Assembly: GCA_000002445.1 (NCBI GenBank)
Contig: CM000208.1
Span: 1,920,001 to 1,984,000, forward strand
Origin: Trypanosoma brucei
Lineage: Eukaryota
Direction: 5' to 3'
Length of the DNA stretch: 64,000 nt
The position numbers were made by a program, and so were the translations under genes. Under the pieces are notes generated by a model. That model was not told where the DNA came from, made no database searches, and worked only from the letters and a program-made list of their open reading frames with translations. Positions 42,176 to 53,800 of the stretch are shown in pieces (positions within the stretch are counted from its first letter, which is position 1; each line of letters starts with the position of its first letter).

Positions 42176-43288
42176 CTATGACTTGACCTCCTCCATTGCC
42201 GGTTTGGATTGCAGCTTCTCCAGTATGGCATGCAACCCGCTCACCTGATTAGACGCAATTGTGGCACTCATACGCTCCACATCGGCGCCAAATATTTTAT
42301 CCCCAGAAAATAAAGACGTGGGTAAAACTGTAGGAATGTTGTCGTTGTCAACGAAGCCCTCCTGGTAGCAGCGTTCGAAGTGCTCCAACCACTGCTTCGG
42401 GGCACCGATAAAGCCAATGCACACTAAATACCTCTCGCTGTTCACAACGCGGCTATGACGCGGCTTCACCACCTGAACACTTTCGTACAGGTGGGTTGTT
42501 AGAAAAAGGATGGCTCTTGTGAAGGGCGAGAAGCAGTCGAATAGTTTCAGGACGAAGCACCCACCTGGGCGTAGCAATTTCACAGCGCTCAGCCACTGCC
42601 CGTAGACAATCCTACATGAGATTGTTTCCTGGAAATTCACGACTTCGGTGGGAACGTCAAACCCACCGTCAGCAACAACAAGCCGTACATTCTCTTTGCA
42701 CGTCAATGAACAGAGACTCTCAATATTCTCTAGTTTGAAGACATCACCTGTGCCATCAATACCATAACAGGGGAAAAAACTGCGTGAGGGGAGGTCAGTA
42801 TACCAATCGAGACCCTTTACATTACGCAAGGTAAGACCGAAGCCACGCAGACGCAGCTTATGTTCCTTCCCCATGGCGAAAAGTGCTTGAGAGAACGCGC
42901 CGGGCCCTCCACAGACATCCACAAACGTAAAGGTGCCCTTTGCCCTCGTAGCCCCGCCTTTCAAGTATTCCCACAAACCGACTGCTTCCATAGTCTCATG
43001 AAGCTTGTGGCCCGCACGGTTGCGAAACGCGACAGCCCCGTGAACACCACTGACGGCTTGTGGAAACAGTGCGTCACGGGCCGCTATATATGCGGAGGTG
43101 TCTGTGTTGTCGAAAGCAGTCTTCGCGGCCCACAATGCGCTCCGTTCCTCTGCGAGAAATGTGTCGAAAGCGTCCCTCCAGTTCACGCGCTCGAACGCTT
43201 TTCCAACAAGCCCACTGACATCCGGATGTGTGGAAGCTGGGTCGTGGCGCAGAGGGAAAACTACCGTGCAGTCTGCAACGGCAGGCAT
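42176..43288 (-). CDS. MTR1: FtsJ/RrmJ-type mRNA cap (nucleoside-2'-O-)-methyltransferase, cap1 methyltransferase (TbMTr1-like)
   Basis: The track's first codon at 43303 is GTG (checked by reverse-complementing the sequence). The ATG at 43288 gives MPAVADCTVV.., 370 aa. Rossmann-fold SAM motif VDVCGGPGAFSQAL, with candidate K-D-K-E catalytic residues in RLVVADGGFD and VLKLFD contexts. From memory, the kinetoplastid cap1 2'-O-MTase is about this size and lies next to PGAM. Confidence 0.7.
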   Translation of the reverse strand: MPAVADCTVVFPLRHDPASTHPDVSGLVGKAFERVNWRDAFDTFLAEERSALWAAKTAFDNTDTSAYIAARDALFPQAVSGVHGAVAFRNRAGHKLHETMEAVGLWEYLKGGATRAKGTFTFVDVCGGPGAFSQALFAMGKEHKLRLRGFGLTLRNVKGLDWYTDLPSRSFFPCYGIDGTGDVFKLENIESLCSLTCKENVRLVVADGGFDVPTEVVNFQETISCRIVYGQWLSAVKLLRPGGCFVLKLFDCFSPFTRAILFLTTHLYESVQVVKPRHSRVVNSERYLVCIGFIGAPKQWLEHFERCYQEGFVDNDNIPTVLPTSLFSGDKIFGADVERMSATIASNQVSGLHAILEKLQSKPAMEEVKS

Positions 43289-44062
43289 CAGAGAAATACC
43301 CACCCTTGCACTCCCCTTCTACACGCATATACGTTAAAAATGCCAACAATAAAAGCGAATCAGATGAGAGTCAGGAGGGGAGGGGGGAAAGGGACGGCAT
43401 AGAGGGTTTGCAAATACTAGGGAGTTATTTCCATGCGTGAAACAATTTTATCCTCTTCAAGTGAGCACTTGCACACGAAACAGTGCATTCCAGGAGCAAA
43501 AACAAACCCGTCTGTGGTACGCACTTTTGCACGTGAGCGACCGCGCGACACCCCGCAACTGCAGGATGGTGAGAGGGTTCCTTCGGTTGCACTGATGAGG
43601 CCCACAGACGTCTACGCGGCACTTCAGCGGCATGTACTCAACGTAAAATACAAATGGAGTCGCCGTCTACGCCGCCTCCGGAACCACATCGGCAGTTGTA
43701 TAGACTTTGCTCCCGAGAAGCCTCTGAGGAGGTGTAGCGTTACATATCCATCAAATACCTCTCCCCTGCGTTTGCGGTAACACCAAATAATAATGATATC
43801 AACAATACATTGACCCTCGTGATGGTCATTGGTATTTCTTCAATCTGATCCTACATATCGCGACACGCAGCCACCACTCGGCCTACCTCAAATTACAGCG
43901 CATATGATCATGGGCGTGACCAACCGCCTCACCACACATGAGGGTGTGGAAAGGAAGGGATATGGGAAACAGAACCCCTTGCAGGATTTAAAAAAAAAGC
44001 GCTCTACACCGCCCTCTAATACGCTCCTTGCCCCCATCTGCACGTGGTGAATAGCGGGCCAC

Positions 44063-44530
44063 TTACTTTGTTAGGAGCACCTCTCTCAGAAGCACAGCGC
44101 TATTCAGGGCCTTTTCTTCAAGCTCCTTCTTCAACGCCGCCGCCTCGCCGTTCAACCGCTCCAATTCTTTTGTCTTTTTAGTTCGTATCGTCTCAAGCTC
44201 GTTGCGCATCGACGCGTTCTCGTTCTCTGCTGTGGCCACAGATTGCTCGAGGCTTTTTATGCGCTGACTGAGCTGATAGCTAAGCGTTGAAGTTGAACGC
44301 TGCATTGCGCGGACTTGCTCACTGGTAGTGTTCTCAGCCGCCTCCTGCTGTTGGACCATCTCTGCAATTCGCTTCTCCAGTACACTTTTCTCGTGACGAA
44401 TGCACCGAATTTCTTCACTCGCCAAAAGAAGCAACTGCTCTACGGCCTGACATTGCCGCTTGATGTTCTCAAGGGCCTGCTGCTTGTCGTCAATCACCTG
44501 TGCGTCTGGGACCTTCTTCTTGGGAGCCAT
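44063..44530 (-). CDS. Small coiled-coil protein (hypothetical)
   Basis: The track's first codon is GTG. The ATG at 44530 gives MAPKKKVPDAQ.., 155 aa, predicted almost entirely coiled coil. Confidence 0.4.
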   Translation of the reverse strand: MAPKKKVPDAQVIDDKQQALENIKRQCQAVEQLLLLASEEIRCIRHEKSVLEKRIAEMVQQQEAAENTTSEQVRAMQRSTSTLSYQLSQRIKSLEQSVATAENENASMRNELETIRTKKTKELERLNGEAAALKKELEEKALNSAVLLREVLLTK

Positions 44531-45005
44531 GCCCCTTAAAAGTGCTACGCTATTGATGTGGCGATATGTTTTAGCAACTTCCTTTCTTTTTTCCCCTTTC
44601 TCAGTTCCTAGCACTGGGGGTGACCAAGAAGAATGACGTTCACCAAGGATGCGTGGAGTGGGCGCTTAAGAGAGAAAAGTTGAAGAAAAAGTGGTGCCAG
44701 TGACCAGTTACACGGGCGACAAAAAAAAAAAATAGTGATGGTTCGCCTCGTAAGCACTTATGGGTTCTGCGATCCCCTTCCCTTTTCAGTTTCATCAGCA
44801 GGAAACTAAAAGACTATGCCTAAACCTATGGATGATGAACCGGAAACAGGCAGCTGGAACAGAGACAAGCAAAAGGGGAATAACAAGAAGCAAATCCAGG
44901 AAAGTTTTCGGTGCTCTACACACCTCGTAGGAGCATCCGCTCACGCTACTTCTACCCCTCTTTTTGCATACCCCACCAGGTCTCCTCCACCCCCACGCCG
45001 GGAGC

Positions 45006-46106
45006 CTACTGATTACGCACGATAGCTTTGATGTCGTTGAAAATATCCTCATTCCTCAGAGTGTACTTTAGGTTTTCTCTGACGCTGTAACGTATCGGTG
45101 GAATTGTGCGACCCGCTGCATATGGATCGAGATTACCCTGGCTCTCCTCAATAGAGACTAAGTTAGCAGGGTCATACACGTCGCTCCCAAAGCAGTAGCG
45201 ATGAGCGAAGGCTACAAACATCATTTCAATGCAGATTAGTAGGTCTTGCAGTCCTTGTGGTGCTTCCTCTTTGGTCCAGTACCCAAAATTTGGTAGCCAA
45301 TCCATGGCTGCGAGAAGTTGAATCAGTATCCCTTGCCAGAAGGATAAAAAGATAACCGCCTTAATGCATATAAACTTCAAAAGGGCATCTGTGCCCTCCA
45401 TGAACTCCTTCAACCCAACGTAGAAGTAAACTAGCGCTGTGAAGGCTGTCGTGATGGAAAAGTTGCAGATCAGGGCAGTCCAAAAATGACCCTTGCTCAC
45501 GTCGAGTATACCGCCCAATTCGTGCTTTGCTTTTAAGATAATAATAACGATGGCACCCAGTGGCTTCACCACCATAAACTGGAAGATAGCTAATCGACAG
45601 TTGCGCACAAACGTGGGTGAAACCTTCATCGGCTCCAGCCAACAAAGAGGGAAGATATGTGGCACGGGTGGCCACTCCTCCAACATAAGGGCCCTGTACA
45701 AAGTATCAACGCCTCCCATGAGAGCCAACATGAGCTGGAAAAAGGCGTAGATGGCGTAGCTCTCGTACGCATCCCGGAGGATGTTGAGGTACTCAGCTGC
45801 ACCAGGAGCTAGAAGGCACACCCACGATATCATAGCGTACAGTGGAACCATAAAAAGGATGCGGACCACCTTCGTTTGGCATTCTGGGTCAGAGAAGCAA
45901 GTTAGATGCTCAAGAATTTGGAAAAACGACAGCAAAGTTGCGAATACAGCGCAGTACCCACCAATGAACGATGGCATACCCAATTTTTCGCGCACTACAC
46001 CTTTAAACGGAATGACTAACAGCAGCAAGATACCGACGACACAGATGAACGTTCCAACCCAGTAGTACATCTTTCGCCGCCCCTGACGAGCGACATGTAT
46101 GGCCAT
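45006..46106 (-). CDS. TMEM184 / OST-alpha family 7-TM transporter-like protein (Pfam Solute_trans_a)
   Basis: The track's first codon is GTG. The ATG at 46106 gives MAIHVARQG.., 366 aa. Long blocks align to human TMEM184B ([32 protein letters not shown] vs [54 protein letters not shown] vs [22 protein letters not shown]). Confidence 0.75.
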   Translation of the reverse strand: [366 protein letters not shown]

Positions 46107-46512
46107 CTGCAGAGAAAATGAGATTCCGGACTTCTTCCACACTCAGTTGAGGGCGGGGCGGTCGAGACGGAAACAACCCCCCACGCGAGCAGCGTTATGA
46201 AAGGTAACAATAGTACTATGTAAAACCAATATATTGTCACCAAGAATGTTTCAACAAAGCAAAAGAAAAGAAAAAGGGTATGTGGCGAGTACATCTTCCA
46301 TCATTGCTATGGACGGCCCCTGCCGTACACGCAAAAAGGTGAAACGATACTGATTACACATATTAGCGAAGAAAATTGTATGTTAGTGCAAGAGATACTG
46401 GAGATAGGCAAATAATTTCAACGATGAAACCCACCTGTCACACCGACCCGAGAACATATATACACGAATATACGTAATGCTATGTCGGAGAGTACCACAC
46501 TCTATCCGTGCC

Positions 46513-47838
46513 TCATCGTGGAATGAGGTCGTAGAGGTTCAACGACAAATGCTGCGAAAGGCTAATCGCTGATGTAACAGGTATGTGACAGTGATAACCC
46601 TTTGTGCTGTGGGTTGTTGGAACCATGAGACCCCACGACACCAACGTCTGGTGGTGCTGCACCGCTATTTCTGCGGGCACGAACTCGAGTGGATCCTGGA
46701 GGTTCACGCAAATATTCAGCAGGGACCGATAAACTAGCATGAGTCGGGGCAGATGGACGACGTGCGCTAACGAGGAGAGAACGGCTGCCTTGTGCGATGC
46801 GGCATTCACCTCCGTAGAATTTGTACGACGCGCCAGCTTTTCGTCACCGAAGACAAGGGCGTGCTTTGACTTTGGGACGGCCCCACAGTAAAAAGCACTT
46901 AGGGCCCACAGCATGGCTGAGCATCCAATTCGTCTCAGCACGGCCACTAACGGATCTCCGCGACTCCCCACAAGAGCACCAGAAGGTGCAGTTGCGACCG
47001 ATGACGAGAGCTCTCGCCATCTTCCCCATACTGTCGAGTAGTGCATCGCATTGAGGCGTCCCACAACAGCATGTGCAACCAGAAACGGTAAAATTTGATG
47101 TACACGCTGGAGAAGTTGTCGCATGTCCTGTGTGACGATACTTGCTCGCATGGGAAGATGCGTCATGTAGTACTCAACTGCACCCTTTGTTATGTTGTGA
47201 GCCTCTTCTAGCGTGAGGCTCGGGGTATTAGCCTCTGCGTCAGCTCCGGGTGGGGATGCGTTTGTTGCAAAGAGCGTGTTCAACCACGACTGCACAACGC
47301 TAGCATCGGGTCTCGCAACGAAGTGGAAGCGAAAACAGTTTGAGAGACGGAGCGGCATCTGCGACACTACCCAAAGACAAACAACGTTTGAGTTGCACGG
47401 CTGTTGGGATCCACCGACACACACCGAGAGCCACTGATTAATACCCTCAGCACCCTCCTCCACTTCATCAGCGTCGTCCACGACGAAGTGAAGCTCACTC
47501 CCCTCCACTGCATTGTCAAGCCACTGTCGTACCAGCAAGCCAAACTGAAGATGTGAACATTCTGTCCGCCGCCGTTTAGTTTGCGGCAAAAGACGCCACG
47601 CCAGCCGCCGCAGGGAGTCACCAGCTAGCGCCCTGCCAGTAACATACTCTAGCAAGAAAGACCGCTTCATATTACGTACGTGATGCTCCCGCGAAGTGAG
47701 GTACTGCAGGAGCATAGTCGTTTTGCCGCTACCCGGTGGTCCGAAGATGGAGATGTAACCGGAGCCACACTCCACGTCTGCGTCTAATTCATCCCGCAGG
47801 TCCACTCCAACCTCCTTGCGTGGTGTTTGGGCTGCCAT
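46513..47838 (-). CDS. P-loop AAA+-like ATPase, ORC/Cdc6-like (possibly the ORC1/CDC6-interacting ORC-like factor reported for T. brucei)
   Basis: 441-aa ORF with ATG start. Walker A ISIFGPPGSGKTTMLLQYL and Walker B-like HFVVDDADEV, reminiscent of ORC5/ORC4 N-terminal regions. The rest is divergent. The identification with the T. brucei ORC-like factor is from recall of gene order only. Confidence 0.5.
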   Translation of the reverse strand: MAAQTPRKEVGVDLRDELDADVECGSGYISIFGPPGSGKTTMLLQYLTSREHHVRNMKRSFLLEYVTGRALAGDSLRRLAWRLLPQTKRRRTECSHLQFGLLVRQWLDNAVEGSELHFVVDDADEVEEGAEGINQWLSVCVGGSQQPCNSNVVCLWVVSQMPLRLSNCFRFHFVARPDASVVQSWLNTLFATNASPPGADAEANTPSLTLEEAHNITKGAVEYYMTHLPMRASIVTQDMRQLLQRVHQILPFLVAHAVVGRLNAMHYSTVWGRWRELSSSVATAPSGALVGSRGDPLVAVLRRIGCSAMLWALSAFYCGAVPKSKHALVFGDEKLARRTNSTEVNAASHKAAVLSSLAHVVHLPRLMLVYRSLLNICVNLQDPLEFVPAEIAVQHHQTLVSWGLMVPTTHSTKGYHCHIPVTSAISLSQHLSLNLYDLIPR

Positions 47839-48136
47839 ACGACGGGGAAACAGAACGCTCGTACGTAATTGCTACAGTTGAAGAGGGGGAGGGGAGGGGC
47901 ACAGTGCTCTACCTTGGTGATGCCCAACCACTGAAGTGCACAGGGGAGGGGGAACAGCGCTATTGTGAATGAGAACAGAAAATGTCAAACACGAAGGGTA
48001 GGGAAAACATTCGTGCTAAAACACATAGTAAAGCCACATATTATGCGCGTACGCACGTCGAAAACTATCGTGACTTCCACGTTCCTTACCAAACACCAAC
48101 CACGAACCACAAGCCTCCCATTTCCGCCTGAGTTCG

Positions 48137-48469
48137 TCACGGCATGTCACGGTACGCCTGCTGGTAGTTCCACCTGTTCGTTTTGAAGTGTCTTCGCTTA
48201 CTAAAACGATTCCTGGCGTCGTGGGACGCCTGTAGCGACGGATGAAACCGCTTGTCCCGCATGAAGCGGTGGCGAAACTTGTGCCCGCAGTACCAGTGAG
48301 CGATAAGCCAGGTTTGGGTCAGAGAAAACATACGACGCTCTGTCCTTTGCTCCAACCGTATCGAGTAGGTGAAGAGGAGCCCGGCGGATTTTGTACTACG
48401 AACGAGATAACAGATTTTTCTAATTACCAAAACAAGGCCCCAACCATCACTGATAAGGTGTGCGTACAT
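48137..48469 (-). CDS. Candidate small basic, Trp-rich protein (possibly organellar ribosomal-type; unannotated-type small ORF)
   Basis: A pyrimidine tract directly precedes the ATG at 48469 (the track's first codon at 48472 is TTG). 110 aa, or 65 aa if initiation is at the downstream MFSLTQTW... The C-terminal half is highly basic (HKFRHRFMRDKRFH..RNRFSKRRHFKTNRW). Weak evidence. Confidence 0.3.
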   Translation of the reverse strand: MYAHLISDGWGLVLVIRKICYLVRSTKSAGLLFTYSIRLEQRTERRMFSLTQTWLIAHWYCGHKFRHRFMRDKRFHPSLQASHDARNRFSKRRHFKTNRWNYQQAYRDMP

Positions 48470-48755
48470 CAAAGATTATCAATACGGCACAGAAGAAAAA
48501 GGTAAGAACAAGGGAAAAAAGCAAGCGTTTACTTGAACCTCACGTCAGGTTCAACAGATGTTGCATACCCACTTTCGACTACAAAAAGGGGTAGATCAAA
48601 CAGGTGATGGGTATTAGTTCTATTCATGAGTGCTATATTAGCTTGTCCCCGGTGATAGGGGGGGGGATGCGAAACCTAAATGGTAGCGAAGGAGCCGCCG
48701 CGCATCTATTTAACAACAAGGAGAAGAGAAAAACGGCCACTTACGTAACTGGTAG

Positions 48756-49805
48756 TCAGTTTCGCTTGAGAAGTTGCATCACTCCTGATGCGAATGCCTC
48801 CAGATGGAGAATGGGTTTGGTGCCAAGCTTCATGTTGTGATCGTACTTCGCCGCAAGAGAAACAACAGCCGGTCGCATTGCCGGCTTAACAGAATTAAGC
48901 AAGGCTTCCAAGACGCCTCGCATAATTACCTCACCTGAGATGCACTGCCCGAGCAGATCGTAAAACTTTCCACGAATTTCAAACAGCTTCTTTGGTGTCT
49001 GTTCCGTGAGAATGTCGTTGGCAATTTCCTCAAGAAAGACCTGCCAATCAGCCTGCGGAATGTTGGCTCCACTGCCTGAAAAATCAACTTTTGTCATGGC
49101 TGCTGCCTCCAGCATCAGTTGCGCACGTCGTAAGTTTCCTTCGGACTGGTTGCTAAGGGCAGCCAAAAATGCGGGTGATGGGGGCATCCGGCCCTCCTTT
49201 TCACACACAGTTCGAATGACTTTGGTTATGTTTTCCTGTGAATGGGAAGGAACACGGACAGCAAGGCAACGAGAGCGAAGGGGTGCGATAAGACGTGAGG
49301 TTGAGTTGCAGATCAGCACCAATCTGCACGTCGCCATGTACTTTTCCATTGTCCGCCGGAGGGCATGCTGGGCTGCCCGTCCCATTTTATCCACCTCGTT
49401 GAGCACCACAACTTTGTACTTCGCAGCGCCTGGTGTGCCAGACTGCAGGGGAACGGTCTGCGCAATCTCGCGTATCATTTGCATCACGACTACGCGATCG
49501 TGATTCCCTGCATCGGAAGGGTTGATGTCAATGTGGTGTGGGGAACTCAGTGTCGCTATATCAACGACTTTGCTATCTGTCACTTGCACAGACTTGTGTT
49601 CCAGACGTAGCGAGTAAACGGATGGACCGTACACCTGCTGCAACACTGCCATGGCGCGCGTCTTCTTGCCGGTTCCAGAGGGTCCGTACAATAACAGGTG
49701 TGGGAGGTCTTGCGACTCGGCCAAACGCTTAAGTACTTCGGTAAGCTCCGGATACAAATCTACGTCATCAAGAGTCCTCGGGCGGTACTTGTCGACCCAC
49801 AGCAT
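48756..49805 (-). CDS. RFC3: Replication factor C small subunit (RFC3 / yeast Rfc5 orthologue, clamp-loader AAA+)
   Basis: 349-aa ORF with ATG start. N-terminal MLWVDKYRPRTLDDV (RFC box II), PHLLLYGPSGTGKKT Walker A, DEVD Walker B (VVLNEVDKM), and SRC motif RSRCLAVRV. Confidence 0.85.
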   Translation of the reverse strand: MLWVDKYRPRTLDDVDLYPELTEVLKRLAESQDLPHLLLYGPSGTGKKTRAMAVLQQVYGPSVYSLRLEHKSVQVTDSKVVDIATLSSPHHIDINPSDAGNHDRVVVMQMIREIAQTVPLQSGTPGAAKYKVVVLNEVDKMGRAAQHALRRTMEKYMATCRLVLICNSTSRLIAPLRSRCLAVRVPSHSQENITKVIRTVCEKEGRMPPSPAFLAALSNQSEGNLRRAQLMLEAAAMTKVDFSGSGANIPQADWQVFLEEIANDILTEQTPKKLFEIRGKFYDLLGQCISGEVIMRGVLEALLNSVKPAMRPAVVSLAAKYDHNMKLGTKPILHLEAFASGVMQLLKRN

Positions 49806-50884
49806 AATTGCTATTATATGAAAAAAGGTTTACAAGGCACAATAGAGGAGGATCGGGAATACAAATGAGAAGCAAACAGTTAGCACAGTCAGGGAAAAAT
49901 AAGTACAGAAGGGAATGGCGCGTGACATGATGGCCCGAATCGCGTTTTTTGTGCTCTCTCGTGAATTCCCCACCACCGATGAAACTATCCCTTTTCGGTT
50001 CCCCGACACACTAGTTCTTATAGGGCTCTTACGACAGCGCAACTCAAACTGCTCGAACCCGTGGCCGTAGCGCAGCCAGCAACAGAGTCGGTTGCCGTGG
50101 TGACGCGTAACCGCTGCATGCGAACTTGCCCTTCGGCGGTTACAAATGAGCTCACACATTCACTACGGAGGAAAATTAACTGTCTTCGTGCCACCAGTAG
50201 AGAAGCCAAAAGTTTTCAATACGTATTTACGTATATTATCCCTGTTTTGACAAAATGGGCACACACCCCGTCACGGTTCCGCAGCGGGGGCACTTCTGCT
50301 CTTCCACACCATTGGGTGCTGCTTTACATGGGAGCACCGAGATGGCTTGTCGGAGTGTCATTCGCAGCGGCCAACGACGCGCGGTGACTAAGTGATCTCC
50401 AAATCGAAGCGCGCTCGATTACCACTAACAACGACAACAATAATAATGTGATACCATTCCCATTCACATGAAGTACACTGTTTCCTCTGTCGTGCCTCTC
50501 TTCAAAAATCAGCACGAACATATTTTTAATCACATGCGCTATAGGTGCATAGTTCGCGCACGGCTTAACGGCTACAAACGCAAAGAGTCGCACACACTAC
50601 ACAAACCCACATAGAAATATTCCTGTTTCGGTAGCAGTTCCTTTTTTCCACCTTTAAACTCCGCCTACATAAAAGCAAGAGATGAGGAGTTGAAGAACAC
50701 AAGCTCCCCCCTCTGGAAGGTGTAAAGGGGGGGATGTGGAGGAACAGATCTAAAATATGCTTCAGATAGAAAATCAGACAGTAATGTTACATTCATTTTT
50801 TTTTGTGTGTTTACGCACTCACCCTTTCCAGCGTCATCCTGTGGTGTTCAAATCATTACAAATGCAACCCACAACTACATCCAA

Positions 50885-53800
50885 TCAATCTACATCGATG
50901 GCAAATGTCTTTCGAAGAAACGCCTTGGTGCTGTTAAGCATGCTACGACCCATCACCAATTCGCACACTGAGTCGAAAGACAAAGCCCGTTCACCATGGT
51001 ACAGAATATCTATGTTTTCCTTTGAGAAGACATCTGGAAGACACATGTTTCGGGGATTTGTTGCAAGCATGTGGGAGACGCAATCTATTTCCCAAGGAGT
51101 CAACAAACCGTCCTGCGCGGAGGGGAACACTGCAAACGCTTTCTGCGCCCCTCGCACGGGTTGCCTGTCCGCGCACATCATCGCCAATAACGGCGTAGGG
51201 CAAAGTTTGCCATCATCATCGGCGAACGTTAACCACAGTGCTTGCATATACGCCCCTAGCCGGTCATCGCTAAGATCCTTAGCGAAGTAGAAGGGCACTT
51301 TTGAAAATGTTTCCTCATCCACTTCCTGCGCACCCAACAACGCTGTCTTTGTTTCGAGGAGCTCCTCGATGGAACATTCCCTTATATAGTAGTTGTTTGG
51401 TTCGTCCCGCCTCGTCATGTCGGGCACCGCTTCGCACCAAAGCATCAGGTGAAGAACAAACTCACGCCAGTCAATATAACCGCAACCGTGAGGGTCAAAT
51501 GACTCAAAGACCTCACGCCTCGTCTTGAGGCGAACACTCCTCGTCTGTGCGCCCGCGTAGTCATCAGGTTGCACAATGTAGAAAAACTCGGCGCTCGCCA
51601 ATGTGTAGTCAGGTGCCACATTTCGAAAGGTGCGAATCATGCTCATCAGCCTCGTCGCAGAGAGGGTTCGGTGGATCATGGGAACCTCATGTACGCTTGT
51701 TACTTCATACGGTGACAGAGGTGTCACCGCGCGCTCGTCCTGTTTCGGACCTCCAGAGAGAACAGAGAACGTTTGCTGTCCCAAGTGCAGGGGAGGGATG
51801 GCCCGCTCCGTTTCAATTGCATTGCGAAGAGTATAGATGGCCGTGTTTATAGCGGAAGCAGAGCTAAGCCGACCTTCCTTTGCCTTCGCTAGAAGAGTGT
51901 CTCTACAGTTCGCGCAGTACTGCTCTGCCTCGCGCATGAGTCCAACAAAGAACTGTCGAATACGCCCAATCCGCTCCTGCATACTAGCCAGCTCCTCATG
52001 AACAAAAGGCATACATTTCGTGAGAATCAGACTGAACCTCCCATCGTCCGCAGCCGCAGCTGCCGCCTTTGCGTTTTCTCGCACTCGCTGTGAGGCCGTT
52101 ATCGGTCCCTGGAGTTTTTCGACGTAGTTCGTAATGGTGGTAACAAGCTTTCCAATGGCCTCGACAAGCATATCTTCTCCCGTTTTCTCGGCCAAGTCTT
52201 CGGGTCGCTGTGGCTTCTTCGATCCTTGGACTTTCTTATCCTTCCCCTTTGCCAACTCCTGGACGCCGTCAACTCCAGCACGCGTCATAACAGCTTCAGA
52301 CTCTAACTCCTCAAACACACACGGTTCGTTGACGACAGTACTAAAATAGATAAGTACCATGTTCAGTGTGGCCATGAAACGCTCTATTTCTCCCTTCACA
52401 GTGGCGATGGCAACGTTACAAACCGTCGTGCTCCACGGTCCCAGGAAGTTCTCCTTCTTTGTAATCAAATCAATCCGCGTGGTGACGTCCCTTCCTGTTG
52501 CCTCTGCAACGCTAAACAGCTCGTCTCGCAGTTGGTCTACCAGCAGATGAAGCTCGTTTTTACACACTGCTTGCCCAAGTAGTTGCAAAGGGATGTTGTT
52601 GTAATTTTCTACGAAGCGGTCCAACTTCCCCTGCTTTTCATCTGGTTGGTTCCAGAAACGCTCGTACTTCTCCATAGCCACCTTGCGGTAGCCGAGAAGT
52701 ATACGCACCAGCGATTCTACAGCGGCCCCAGTCCATCCATATATACCATTATAGTACGACGTAAAGATGGCAAGACCCCTAAAGAATAGTTGGGGTGTCT
52801 CCTCCGGCATAGTGTAGACGCTCGGCAATGGGGATGTATCCTCCAATTCGTGTGGAATTGGTACACCGCTCTCCGTATATATCTTGATCAACCTTTTCCG
52901 CTCCGCCTCACGTCGTTCCCTCATCTCCACAATCGTGTCCTCAATCCACTTCTTCTGCTTCTTAGCCCCCATGGCCGCCTCGTACATTAGCATGTTTTCT
53001 TCAAAAATCCTTTGCCTGGAACTAATAACTCTCGCCACGTTGGATACGATACCATCCAACGCCTGTTCGCCGTCAACTTCATACAAATTGCCACCACTAC
53101 CGTTCTCATGCGTGAGGGAACGCCGCAGTGCATCCCACTTTCGCCTCTGTTCAAGCACAACGCGGTGGAGCAGGGCCGTCGAGGTTCTTGTGCGGTCTAG
53201 GTTGACAACGTGCGGCACCCGCTCCGGCGGTGGTGGGCAAAATATCATATGATACTGCTCACCTGTTTCCTTGTCAACGCGTAGTCCTGCAAAGCGGTTA
53301 AAAATTTCCTGGGTCCCGCAGTGAATATAGACCATGGCTGAAAATAGTGTATTCGTATCTTCCTCCCGCCCTTCCCAGCGCTCTATTGCCTCTCGCTCTT
53401 CGGGTGCCAACTCCGGGTACACGACCTCAGGTAGCACTGGAGGTGGCAAAGTGCTGAGATCTACACCCTTTTTAGATGGTCGCGTTTTGCCTTCGCCTCT
53501 CACAACGGGTTGCTCCAACCGCGCTTCACGCTGCACAACAAGTAGCCTCTGCGCTTGATTCTCCTCAGTCGGTGCCCCGTCATCCGTACTGCTTGGTGGC
53601 AATGGCGGTGGTGATGGCCAGTTGTTCAAGGCCCCTTTGAAAGGGTGAACAAAGGGAGGGATGATAAGCTGCAATCTCTGGAGCTCTTCTAGACCTGCCA
53701 CTGCCCCATCAAACAGGATACCACTACACCCTTCCAGCGTGTCTTTCATCTGTAACTGCATCAAATGCACAATAAGCGATGGCTCCACCGGCCTACCATG

